Shown here piece after piece: positions 16,477 through 24,790 of a DNA stretch of 64,000 nucleotides (within the stretch, counting starts at the first letter, position 1; every line of letters begins with the position of its first letter). Position numbers and translations under genes: made by a program. The DNA comes from Clostridiales bacterium (GTDB lineage: Bacteria > Bacillota > Clostridia > Oscillospirales > Oscillospiraceae): the NCBI GenBank assembly GCA_019418025.1, contig DYCR01000003.1:7438-71437 (forward strand), in the 5' to 3' direction. The notes below the pieces were generated by a model. It saw only the letters and a list, made by a program, of their open reading frames with translations. It was not told where the DNA came from and ran no database searches.

Positions 16477-17874
16477 ATGAAAAGACTAGTTAGCCTGGCC
16501 CTTGCGGCCACCATGTCCCTGTCCCTGCTGGCAGGCTGTGGCAACTCAGGCGACAACACCAAACCCAACGACGGCACCAGCCCTGCTGACGGCACCAACA
16601 GCGTCACCGAGTCTACCCCCGCCGAAGATGTAACCATCAAGGTTGCGGCGATCGAGACCGCTTACGGCTCTCAGGTCTGGAAGGACATCGCCGAGGCTTT
16701 CACCAAGCAGACCGGCATCAAGGTCGAGCTGACCACCGACAAGGCTCTGGAGGATGTCATCGGACCTGCTATGCAGGGCGGCGAATTCCCCGACGTTGTA
16801 CATCTGGCTACCGGCCGTCCCGCCGGTCTGACCGAGCAGTTCATCAAGGATAACAACATTACCGATATTACCGACGTTCTGTCCATGACCGTTCCCGGCG
16901 AGCAGAAGAAGGTTTCCGAGAAGATCGCTCCGGGCTTCACCGAGACTTCTCTGACCAACCCCTACGGCGACGGCAAGACCTATCTGGCTCCCATGTTCTA
17001 CGGCCCCTGCGGTCTGTTCTACAACGCAGGCCTGTTCGAGGAGAAGGGCTGGAGCGTTCCCACCACTTGGGACGAGATGTGGGAACTGGGCGAGAAGGCC
17101 AAGGCTGAGGGCATCTACCTGTTCACCTACCCCACCTCCGGCTACTTCGACACCTTCCTGTACGCTCTGATGTACACCGTAGGCGGCCCCGAGTTCTTCG
17201 ACAAGGCCACCCACTATGCAGAGGGCATCTGGGACACCGAGGAGGCTAAGACCTGCTTCGACATCATCGGCAAGCTGGCTTCCTACACCAACCCCATCAC
17301 CCCCGCTCAGGCAAACAATCAGGACTTCACCCAGAACCAGCAGCTGGTCCTTGACAACAAGGCCCTGTTCATGCCCAACGGCACCTGGATCGTCGGCGAA
17401 ATGGCTGATGCTCCCCGTGCAGAAGGCTTCAAGTGGGGCATGACCGCTCTGCCCGCAGTCAAGGAAGGCGGCGACCGCTACTCCTACTCCTGGTTCGAGC
17501 AGGCATGGATTCCCGCAGGTGCCGAGCATGTAGACGCTGCCAAGCAGTTCATCGCATTCCTGTACTCTGACACCGCCTGCGAGATCTTCGCAAGCGCAAA
17601 GAACGACAAGGGCGAGCCCACCCCCGCAATTCAGCCCGTTCTGGGCATTGCCGACAAGCTGGAGGGCGACAACAAGCTGTTCTACTCCATCTATGACAAC
17701 GGCGCCAAGTCCGCTATGGGCAACTTTGCCGCATTCCAGGCTATCCCCGGTGTCGAGGTCGCAAACGTATTCTTCGACCCCATCAACTCTCTGGTTTCCG
17801 GCGAGCTGACCGTGGATCAGTGGCTGGAGAACATCAAGCCCGTCAGCGATCAGATGCGTGCAAACCTGAAGTAA
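16477..17874 (+). CDS. ABC sugar-binding lipoprotein (family-1 SBP), candidate LNB/GNB-binding protein
   Basis: GGAGG RBS. MKRLVSLALAATMSLSLLAGC lipobox. First gene of the operon ending in the GH112 gene. Confidence 0.85.
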   Translation: MKRLVSLALAATMSLSLLAGCGNSGDNTKPNDGTSPADGTNSVTESTPAEDVTIKVAAIETAYGSQVWKDIAEAFTKQTGIKVELTTDKALEDVIGPAMQGGEFPDVVHLATGRPAGLTEQFIKDNNITDITDVLSMTVPGEQKKVSEKIAPGFTETSLTNPYGDGKTYLAPMFYGPCGLFYNAGLFEEKGWSVPTTWDEMWELGEKAKAEGIYLFTYPTSGYFDTFLYALMYTVGGPEFFDKATHYAEGIWDTEEAKTCFDIIGKLASYTNPITPAQANNQDFTQNQQLVLDNKALFMPNGTWIVGEMADAPRAEGFKWGMTALPAVKEGGDRYSYSWFEQAWIPAGAEHVDAAKQFIAFLYSDTACEIFASAKNDKGEPTPAIQPVLGIADKLEGDNKLFYSIYDNGAKSAMGNFAAFQAIPGVEVANVFFDPINSLVSGELTVDQWLENIKPVSDQMRANLK

Positions 17875-18016
17875 TCTGAATACTGTTTTCTATGATTCCG
17901 GCAGTGGCCTCGGCTGCTGTCGGAATTTTAGGGAATGGGGGCCGGCCCGGCAAGCGGTGCCTCCCCTGTCCAACCATCCACCCATCCTGTTATTTTTTGA
18001 AAGGAGCGGCATTCAT

Positions 18017-18901
18017 ATGAAAAAGAGCATCGGGCGCAGCGGATTTATCACGTTATGCGTCGCTCCTGCGGTGATCCTGTTCACTGTATTTATGATCCTG
18101 CCTACATTAAATGTTTTCCGCATGTCCCTGTTCCAGAGGGGCGCTTACTCCCCCAACGAAACCTTTATCGGTCTGCAAAACTTCTCCATGCTGCTGAAGG
18201 ATGCCCAGTTCATCCGATCCATGCAGAACACCATCATGCTGGTTGTTGTGGTCACCGTGATCACATTTGGTTTTGCGGTGCTGTTCGCCGCAATTTTGAC
18301 TCGTGAAAATATCAAGGGTCAGGGTTTTTTCCGGATCGTGTTCTACATCCCCAATATCCTGTCCATTGTTGTCATTTCCGGTATCTTCTCCGCCATCTAC
18401 AAGCCCGAAAACGGCATGCTCAACAGCATCATCGGCCTGTTCACCGACATGACCGACCCCATCTTGTGGAAGGGTGAGAAGCTGGTCATGGTCAGTATCA
18501 TCATCGCAATGATCTGGCAGGCCATCGGCTATTACATGGTCATGTACATGGCCTCTATGTCCAGTGTCCCCCAGAGCCTGTACGAAAGCGCAGGTCTGGA
18601 CGGCGCAAGCCGCGTGACCCAGTTCTTCCAGATCACCATTCCCCTGATCTGGACCAATATCCGCACGACCCTGACATTCTTCATCATCTCCACCATCAAC
18701 ATGGCCTTCCTGTTTGTCAAGGCGATGACCGCAGGCGGCCCCAACGGTGCCTCCGAGGTGGCACTGGGCTATATGTACGGTCAGAAGGATGCCGGTCTTT
18801 ACGGCTACTCCATGGCAATCGGCGTGGTGATCTTCCTGTTCTCCTTTGCGCTTTCTGCACTGGTCAACAAGGCCACCAAGCGTGAAGTGCTGGAATTCTA
18901 A
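18017..18901 (+). CDS. ABC sugar permease (MalF-like)
   Basis: ATG at 18017 behind GGAG. Multi-TM. EAA-like SLYESAGLDGASRVTQFFQITIPL. Confidence 0.85.
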   Translation: MKKSIGRSGFITLCVAPAVILFTVFMILPTLNVFRMSLFQRGAYSPNETFIGLQNFSMLLKDAQFIRSMQNTIMLVVVVTVITFGFAVLFAAILTRENIKGQGFFRIVFYIPNILSIVVISGIFSAIYKPENGMLNSIIGLFTDMTDPILWKGEKLVMVSIIIAMIWQAIGYYMVMYMASMSSVPQSLYESAGLDGASRVTQFFQITIPLIWTNIRTTLTFFIISTINMAFLFVKAMTAGGPNGASEVALGYMYGQKDAGLYGYSMAIGVVIFLFSFALSALVNKATKREVLEF

Positions 18902-18913
18902 GGAGATTGCATT

Positions 18914-19801
18914 ATGAATAACAACAAAACTTATTCCGGGGATAAGCTCTACAAGTTCTTTATCTATCTGGTCCTGATCCTTCTGGCTGTGTCCATCCTC
19001 GTGCCTGTGGCATGGGTGTTCATGGCATCGGTAAAGGAAAACACCGAATTTTACGGCAACCCCTGGACCCTGCCTGCCTCCTTTCATTGGCAGAACTTCG
19101 CAGAGGCATGGAACACCGCGAAAATGGGCGAGTACATGCTCAACTCCGTCTACGTCACCGCACTGGCTCTGGCGATCCTGCTGGTGGTGGCACTGCCTGC
19201 CTCCTACTGCCTGTCCCGTTTCAAGTTCCGGGGGGCCAAGTTCCTCAACGGCGCATTCATGGCAGGCCTGTTCATCAACGTCAACTACATCGTCGTCCCC
19301 ATCTTCCTGATGCTGCGGGACGGAGATGTGTGGGTAAAAAAGATGTTCGGCACCGCCTTCCTGCAAAACAACCTGACGATCCTCGCGCTTGTTTATGCAT
19401 CCACGGCCCTGCCCTTCACCATTTATCTGCTCAGCGGCTACTTCGCCACCCTGCCCCACGATTTTGAAGAGGCCGCCTACATCGACGGTGCAGGCTACCA
19501 CAAGACCATGCTGCAAATCATTTTCCCCATGGCAAAGCCCTCCATCGTCACGGTCATTTTGTTCAACTTCCTGTCGTTCTGGAATGAGTACATCATCTCC
19601 ATGACCCTGATGAATTCTGCAAAGGCCGCCAAGACCCTGCCGGTGGGCCTGCTGAATCTGATGCAGGCACAGCAGTCTGCTGCAAACTACGGCCCCATGT
19701 ATGCCGGTCTGGTCCTTGTCATGCTGCCCACGCTGATCCTCTATATCTGCGTGCAGAAAAATCTGACCAAGGGCATGACCGTCGGCGGTCTGAAAGGTTA
19801 A
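18914..19801 (+). CDS. ABC sugar permease (MalG-like)
   Basis: 295 aa. EEAAYIDGAGYHKTMLQIIFPMAKP EAA loop. Confidence 0.85.
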   Translation: MNNNKTYSGDKLYKFFIYLVLILLAVSILVPVAWVFMASVKENTEFYGNPWTLPASFHWQNFAEAWNTAKMGEYMLNSVYVTALALAILLVVALPASYCLSRFKFRGAKFLNGAFMAGLFINVNYIVVPIFLMLRDGDVWVKKMFGTAFLQNNLTILALVYASTALPFTIYLLSGYFATLPHDFEEAAYIDGAGYHKTMLQIIFPMAKPSIVTVILFNFLSFWNEYIISMTLMNSAKAAKTLPVGLLNLMQAQQSAANYGPMYAGLVLVMLPTLILYICVQKNLTKGMTVGGLKG

Positions 19802-19810
19802 GGTGATCCC

Positions 19811-19999
19811 ATGCAACAGTTTTTGAAAGAACATACCGCGCTGCGCATCACATTGATCGCGCTGACCTTTGTTCTGGGCATGTTTCTGGTCTTTAAGGGC
19901 TGGAAAATGACCGGACAGCTCAACGGACTTCTGATCATGCTGGGCGGCGTCGCATCTTTGGTGCTTTCCCTCTACATTTACAACAAGCCTTTTCAATAA
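19811..19999 (+). CDS. 62-aa two-TM membrane protein encoded inside the ABC/GH112 operon
   Basis: Starts 9 nt after the permease stop. Two hydrophobic helices (LRITLIALTFVLGMFLVF, LLIMLGGVASLVLSLYIY). No family recognised. Confidence 0.5.
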   Translation: MQQFLKEHTALRITLIALTFVLGMFLVFKGWKMTGQLNGLLIMLGGVASLVLSLYIYNKPFQ

Positions 20000-20029
20000 C
20001 GAAATCCAACGTAAGCAAGGAGAATACTT

Positions 20030-22192
20030 ATGAGCAACAAGAAAATGGGCCGGGTGACCATCCCCACGGATCTGGATGTGGTCCCCGAAACACTGGAAAT
20101 CATGAAGCGCTGGGGCGCAGATGCCATCCGTGACTGCGACGGCACCGACTTCCCTGCCGAGCTGCAAAATCAGGATGCAAAGATCTACTCCACCTACTAC
20201 ACCACCCGCAAGGACAACGCATGGGCAAAGGCCAACCCCGACGAGGTCCAGCAGTGCTACATCATGACCGGATTCCACACCGCCACCGGCGACAGCCTGC
20301 GGATCAAGCTGATGCAGGGCATCTCCCCCGAGCTGATAGAGGTCAACACCCGTGACGATATCAAGCGTTGGTGGGAGGTCATGGACCGCACCACCGGCGA
20401 GCCTGTCAGCACCGACAAGTGGCACTATGATGCGCAGGACGGCTGCGTGGTTCTGGAGCAGCCCGATGCCTTCCACGAGTACACGGTGGCATTCCTTGCC
20501 TACCTGATCTGGGACCCTGTCCACATGTACAATGCCGTCACCAACAACTGGCAGAACTTCGAGCATCAGATCACCTTTGACGTCCGCCAGCCCAAGACCC
20601 ACAAGTTCACCATGGAGCGTCTGCGCAAGTTCATCGCAGAGCATCCCTATGTCAATGTCATCCGCTACACCACCTTCTTCCATCAGTTCACCCTGATGTT
20701 TGACGAGCTGAAGCGTGAGAAATTCGTGGACTGGTACGGCTATTCTGCCTCTGTTTCCCCCTATATTCTGGAGCAGTTTGAGCAGGAGGTCGGCTACAAG
20801 TTCCGTCCTGAGTTCATCGTGGATCAGGGCTACTACAACAACCAGTACCGGGTCCCCACCAAGGAGTTCAAGGACTTCCAGGCCTTCCAGAGAAGAGAAG
20901 TGGCAAAGCTTGCCAAGGAAATGGTGGACATCACCCACGAGCTGGGCAAGGAAGCCATGATGTTCCTGGGCGACCACTGGATTGGCATGGAGCCGTTCAT
21001 GGAGGAGTGGAAGGGCATCGGCATGGATGCCGTGGTCGGCTCCGTGGGCAACGGCAGCACCCTGCGCCTGATCTCCGACATCCCCGGCGTCAAGTACACC
21101 GAGGGACGGTTCCTGCCCTACTTCTTCCCCGACACCTTCCACGAGGGCGGCGACCCCGTCAAGGAAGCCAAGGAGAACTGGGTCACGGCTCGCCGGGCCA
21201 TCCTGCGCAAGCCCATCGACCGCATCGGCTACGGCGGCTACCTGAAGCTGGCTCTGGAATTCCCCGACTTCATCGACTACATCGAGTCCGTCTGCAACGA
21301 GTTCCGTGAGCTGTACGAAAACATCAAGGGCACCACCCCCTACTGCGTCAAGACCGTTGCCGTGCTGAACAGCTGGGGCAAAATGCGGGCTTGGGGCTGC
21401 CACATGGTCCACCACGCCCTGTACCAGAAGCAGAACTACTCCTACGCAGGCGTCATCGAGGCCCTGTCCGGCGCACCCTTCGATGTGAAGTTCATCTCCT
21501 TCGACGATATCCGGAAGGACCCCAAGATCCTCGATGCCATCGATGTCATCATCAACGTCGGTGACGGCGACACCGCCCACACCGGCGGCGCAGAGTGGGA
21601 AGATCCCGCCATCTCCACCGCCATCCGCGGCTTCGTCCACAACGGCGGCGGCTTCATCGGCGTGGGCGAGCCCACCGGCCACCAGTATCAGGGCCATTAC
21701 CTGCAGCTGAGCAATGTTCTGGGCGTTGAGAAGGAGACCGGCTTCACCCTGAACTACGACAAGTACAACTGGACCGAGCAGGGCGGCCACTTCATTCTGG
21801 CCGATGCCAAGCAGGGTGTCGATTTCGGCGAGGGCATGAAGAACATCTATGCGCTGCCCGATGCACAGATCCTGTGCCAGAAGGACAAGGAAGTCCAGAT
21901 GGCTGTCAACAGCTTCGGCGACGGCCGCAGCGTCTACATCTCCGGCCTGCCCTACTCCTTCGCAAACAGCCGTGTGCTGTACCGTGCGATCCTGTGGGCC
22001 GCTCACGGCGAGGAGGAGCTGAACAAGTGGTTCTCCACCAACTACAACGTGGAGGTACACGCATTCGTGAAAAACGGCAAGTACTGTGTGGTCAACAACA
22101 CCTACGAGCCCCAGTCCACCACCGTTTACACCGACAAGGGTTCCTTCCAGCTGGATCTTGCCGCAAACGAGATCAAGTGGTACGAGATCTGA
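20030..22192 (+). CDS. lnpA: 1,3-beta-galactosyl-N-acetylhexosamine (lacto-N-biose/galacto-N-biose) phosphorylase, GH112
   Basis: 720 aa. The N-terminus ...GRVTIPTDLDVVPETLEIMKRWGADAIRDCDGTDFP... parallels the Bifidobacterium LNBP N-terminus (...WGADAIRNSDGT...) as I recall it. Confidence 0.85.
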   Translation: MSNKKMGRVTIPTDLDVVPETLEIMKRWGADAIRDCDGTDFPAELQNQDAKIYSTYYTTRKDNAWAKANPDEVQQCYIMTGFHTATGDSLRIKLMQGISPELIEVNTRDDIKRWWEVMDRTTGEPVSTDKWHYDAQDGCVVLEQPDAFHEYTVAFLAYLIWDPVHMYNAVTNNWQNFEHQITFDVRQPKTHKFTMERLRKFIAEHPYVNVIRYTTFFHQFTLMFDELKREKFVDWYGYSASVSPYILEQFEQEVGYKFRPEFIVDQGYYNNQYRVPTKEFKDFQAFQRREVAKLAKEMVDITHELGKEAMMFLGDHWIGMEPFMEEWKGIGMDAVVGSVGNGSTLRLISDIPGVKYTEGRFLPYFFPDTFHEGGDPVKEAKENWVTARRAILRKPIDRIGYGGYLKLALEFPDFIDYIESVCNEFRELYENIKGTTPYCVKTVAVLNSWGKMRAWGCHMVHHALYQKQNYSYAGVIEALSGAPFDVKFISFDDIRKDPKILDAIDVIINVGDGDTAHTGGAEWEDPAISTAIRGFVHNGGGFIGVGEPTGHQYQGHYLQLSNVLGVEKETGFTLNYDKYNWTEQGGHFILADAKQGVDFGEGMKNIYALPDAQILCQKDKEVQMAVNSFGDGRSVYISGLPYSFANSRVLYRAILWAAHGEEELNKWFSTNYNVEVHAFVKNGKYCVVNNTYEPQSTTVYTDKGSFQLDLAANEIKWYEI

Positions 22193-22216
22193 TTGGCAAA
22201 ACATCATAAGAAACAA

Positions 22217-22247
22217 ACACCGCCCTGTATTGCACAGGGCGGTGTTT
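22217..22247 (+). terminator. Terminator-like hairpin after the GH112 gene
   Basis: ACACCGCCCTGT-ATTG-CACAGGGCGGTGT followed only by TT before repeat copy 4 begins. Confidence 0.5.
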
Positions 22248-22446
22248 CAGTGTGTCAAAAAGTCTCACAGAGTTTGCCGCTTGAGCGGCAAAAAAGACCA
22301 AATCATTTTCCACGGGGGCGTGTACCTCGGGGAAAATACATATCAGCCTGAGAGTGTGGAATTTGTCCGTCATTGACGGACAAATTATGCGCGGGTCAGG
22401 CTGCAAAAATGCCCGAAAACCCTAAGAGGGTTTTCGGGCAGACTGA
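22247..22446 (+). repeat. ~200-bp interspersed structured element, copy 4 (no flanking duplication; sits between two different convergent terminator hairpins)
   Basis: H1 22273-22292, H2 22304-22337, CAGCCTGA 22344-22351 pairing with TCAGGCTG 22396-22403, H3 22361-22387, H4 22411-22439. Confidence 0.9.
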
Positions 22447-22496
22447 AAGCCGGACAGCATGCATCATGCTGTCCGGCTTTTGTTAGGAAGGCTTGA

Positions 22497-24290
22497 TCAC
22501 AGGGGGGAGAAGTCGCTTGCACCGTGCTTGCACAGGGGGCAGATGAAGTCCTCGGGAAGCTCGTCGCCCTCGTAGATATATCCGCAGATGTCGCAGACGA
22601 AGCCCTTCTTGTCGGTGTCGGGCTTGGGCTTGACATTGCTCTGGTAGTAGGTGTAGGTCATGGTCTCCCGATCAGACAGGACGGCACTCTCGGTGACATC
22701 GCAGATGAACATGGTATGGGTACCCAGATCCACCGTGTCGATGACCTTGGCGGAGATATAGCCGTTGGCATACTTGGTCATGAATTGCAGACCGTTGCTG
22801 GAACGGTGAGAATAGTTGAAGTTTGCAAACTTATCGGTATCTCTGCCGGACTGGAAGCCGAACTGCTGGAAGATGTTGAAGGGTGCATCCTGAGACAGGG
22901 TGCAGACGTTCAGCAGGCCGGTCTTTTGGATGGTCTCGCAGGAATAGTTGCGCTTGTTGATGTTGACCGCAATGCGGAAGGGGGTGTCGGTCAGCTGGGT
23001 GACGGTGTTGCAGATGAAGCCGTTGTCTCTGGTGCCGTCGTTGGAGGTGACCACATACAGGCCGTAGCCGATCTTGAACAGAGCGGTGGGGTCCACATTG
23101 TTCTCCTCCACGTTGTCCGGCGCACGGTAGGTAGCAGTCAGCTCCTGAGCCAGATCGATCAGCTTCTGGGTGGTCTCCTCGGTGAGGGCAGACCAGATGG
23201 TCACGTTGTTCTTGGCAAAGATCATGTCCTTGCCGCCCTCCAGTGCCTTCTTCATCAGCTTGGCGGCCTGAGGTGCCCAAGAGCCGTTTTCCACAAAGGC
23301 AACGGTGCGGTTCTGGAAGTTGCGCTCGGCCAGATGATCGACAAAGGTTTTCATATAGGGGAAAATATCTGCATTGTAGGTCGTGGTCGCCAGAACCAGC
23401 TTGTCATAGCAGAATGCGGCGCTGACCGCAGCGGCCATGTCATCTCTTGCCAGATCATAGCACTCGACAACGGGGGCGCCGGAGTTTCTCAGCTCCTCGC
23501 ACAGCAGATCAACGGCTGTCTTGGTGTGGCCGTAAACAGAGGTATAACATACGCACACGCCCTCTTTTTCCGAGCGGTAGCTGGACCAGATATCGTAAAG
23601 GTTCAGGTAGTAGCCCAGATTCTCGGTCAGCACGGGTCCGTGCAGGGGGCAGATGGTGGCGATATCCAGAGCCGCAGCCTTCTTCAGCACGTTCTGGACC
23701 TGCTTGCCGTACTTGCCGACGATGCCGATATAGTATCTTCTTGCCTCGTCTACCCAGTCCTCCTCCACATCCAGGGCGCCGAACTTGCCGAAGCCGTCAG
23801 CGGAGAACAGGATCTTATCCGTGGATTCATAGGTCATGATGACCTCAGGCCAGTGGACCATGGGTGCATAGACGAAATTCAGGGTGTGGTGGCCCAGCTC
23901 CAGAGTGTCGCCCTCGTAGACCTCCAGAGTGTTGTCCAGCTTGATGCCGGGGAAGAACTGCTGCATGATGATGAAGGTCTTACATTGACCCACAAGGGTT
24001 ACGTCAGGGTATTTGTTCACAAAGGCCTTGATCGCGCCGGCATGGTCCGGCTCCATGTGCTGCACGACCAGATAATCGGGCTTGCGATCCTCAAGGACCA
24101 GATCGATGTTGGCCAGCCACAGCTCGACCTTATGCTGGTCTACGGTGTCCATGACTGCGATCTTGTCGTCCATGATCACGTAAGAGTTGTATGCAATGCC
24201 GTTGGGCACAACATACTGGCCCTCGAAAAGGTCTACATCATGATCGTTGACACCGACATAGTAGACGCTCTGTGTAACATTTTTACTCAT
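22497..24290 (-). CDS. Multidomain flavodiiron protein (metallo-beta-lactamase-like diiron + flavodoxin + flavin-reductase-like + C-terminal rubredoxin)
   Basis: ATG at 24290 behind AGGAGG. MSKNVTQSVYYVGVNDHDVDLFEGQY...VVQHMEPDHAG. C-terminus ...FVCDICGYIYEGDELPEDFICPLCKHG. Confidence 0.85.
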   Translation of the reverse strand: MSKNVTQSVYYVGVNDHDVDLFEGQYVVPNGIAYNSYVIMDDKIAVMDTVDQHKVELWLANIDLVLEDRKPDYLVVQHMEPDHAGAIKAFVNKYPDVTLVGQCKTFIIMQQFFPGIKLDNTLEVYEGDTLELGHHTLNFVYAPMVHWPEVIMTYESTDKILFSADGFGKFGALDVEEDWVDEARRYYIGIVGKYGKQVQNVLKKAAALDIATICPLHGPVLTENLGYYLNLYDIWSSYRSEKEGVCVCYTSVYGHTKTAVDLLCEELRNSGAPVVECYDLARDDMAAAVSAAFCYDKLVLATTTYNADIFPYMKTFVDHLAERNFQNRTVAFVENGSWAPQAAKLMKKALEGGKDMIFAKNNVTIWSALTEETTQKLIDLAQELTATYRAPDNVEENNVDPTALFKIGYGLYVVTSNDGTRDNGFICNTVTQLTDTPFRIAVNINKRNYSCETIQKTGLLNVCTLSQDAPFNIFQQFGFQSGRDTDKFANFNYSHRSSNGLQFMTKYANGYISAKVIDTVDLGTHTMFICDVTESAVLSDRETMTYTYYQSNVKPKPDTDKKGFVCDICGYIYEGDELPEDFICPLCKHGASDFSPL

Positions 24291-24535
24291 TGATAAGCCT
24301 CCTAAATTCATTGGTAGAGCATGTAATTTCGAATGCTGAACTTATACTAGCATAGATAGGGTCAGTTTTCAACTGTGATTCCATACAAATATATCGATAC
24401 TAAAAGGCATTTTATATATGAAAATTGGGAAATATTGCACAATGTTTGAGCTATCTGTAAAATATCGAGAATTCTGTCGGGATTTGTTGACTTTTCCCCT
24501 GTAATGTGTTACGCTTTTGTTACAGATAAATAAAC

Positions 24536-24601
24536 GCTGATATAAATTTGGATATATGGCCCAAATGTTTCTACCGTACAGCCACAGGTACGACTATTAG
24601 C
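24536..24601 (+). promoter_or_regulatory. Purine riboswitch aptamer, guanine-type (C in J3/1)
   Basis: GCUGAUA-UAAA-UUUGG-AUAUAUGG-CCCAAA-UGUUUCUAC-CGUAC-AGCCACAG-GUACG-AC-UAUUAGC. This parallels B. subtilis xpt (..AUAUAAU..GGAUAUGG..GUUUCUACC..GACUAU..). P1 is 7 bp. Confidence 0.8.
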
Positions 24602-24607
24602 AGATTT

Positions 24608-24645
24608 GACACGTTTTTCCGGAAAAGGTGTCGGATTTTCTATTT
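24608..24645 (+). terminator. Candidate riboswitch expression-platform terminator
   Basis: GACACGTTTT-TCCGG-AAAAGGTGTC followed by GGATTTTCTATTT. Confidence 0.5.
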
Positions 24646-24790
24646 CGGTGGCAGGTTTAAGTGATTAAGCCTGCTTTTTCTTTTTTGTTTTGCCCTTGGC
24701 TGTGCGTCCCCCGCAGGAAGAGACAGGCCCTGCCGTATCCGGCGTCCTTTGTTTCATATCAGCAAAAAACAATGCTACGGAGGCAACGAA

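Noticed and set aside
24312-24535. Recognisable redox-regulator operator (Rex/PerR-type palindrome) upstream of the flavodiiron gene.
   Set aside because: I found no convincing inverted repeat that matches the consensus sequences I know (for example TTGTGAA-N4-TTCACAA). The region is just AT-rich.
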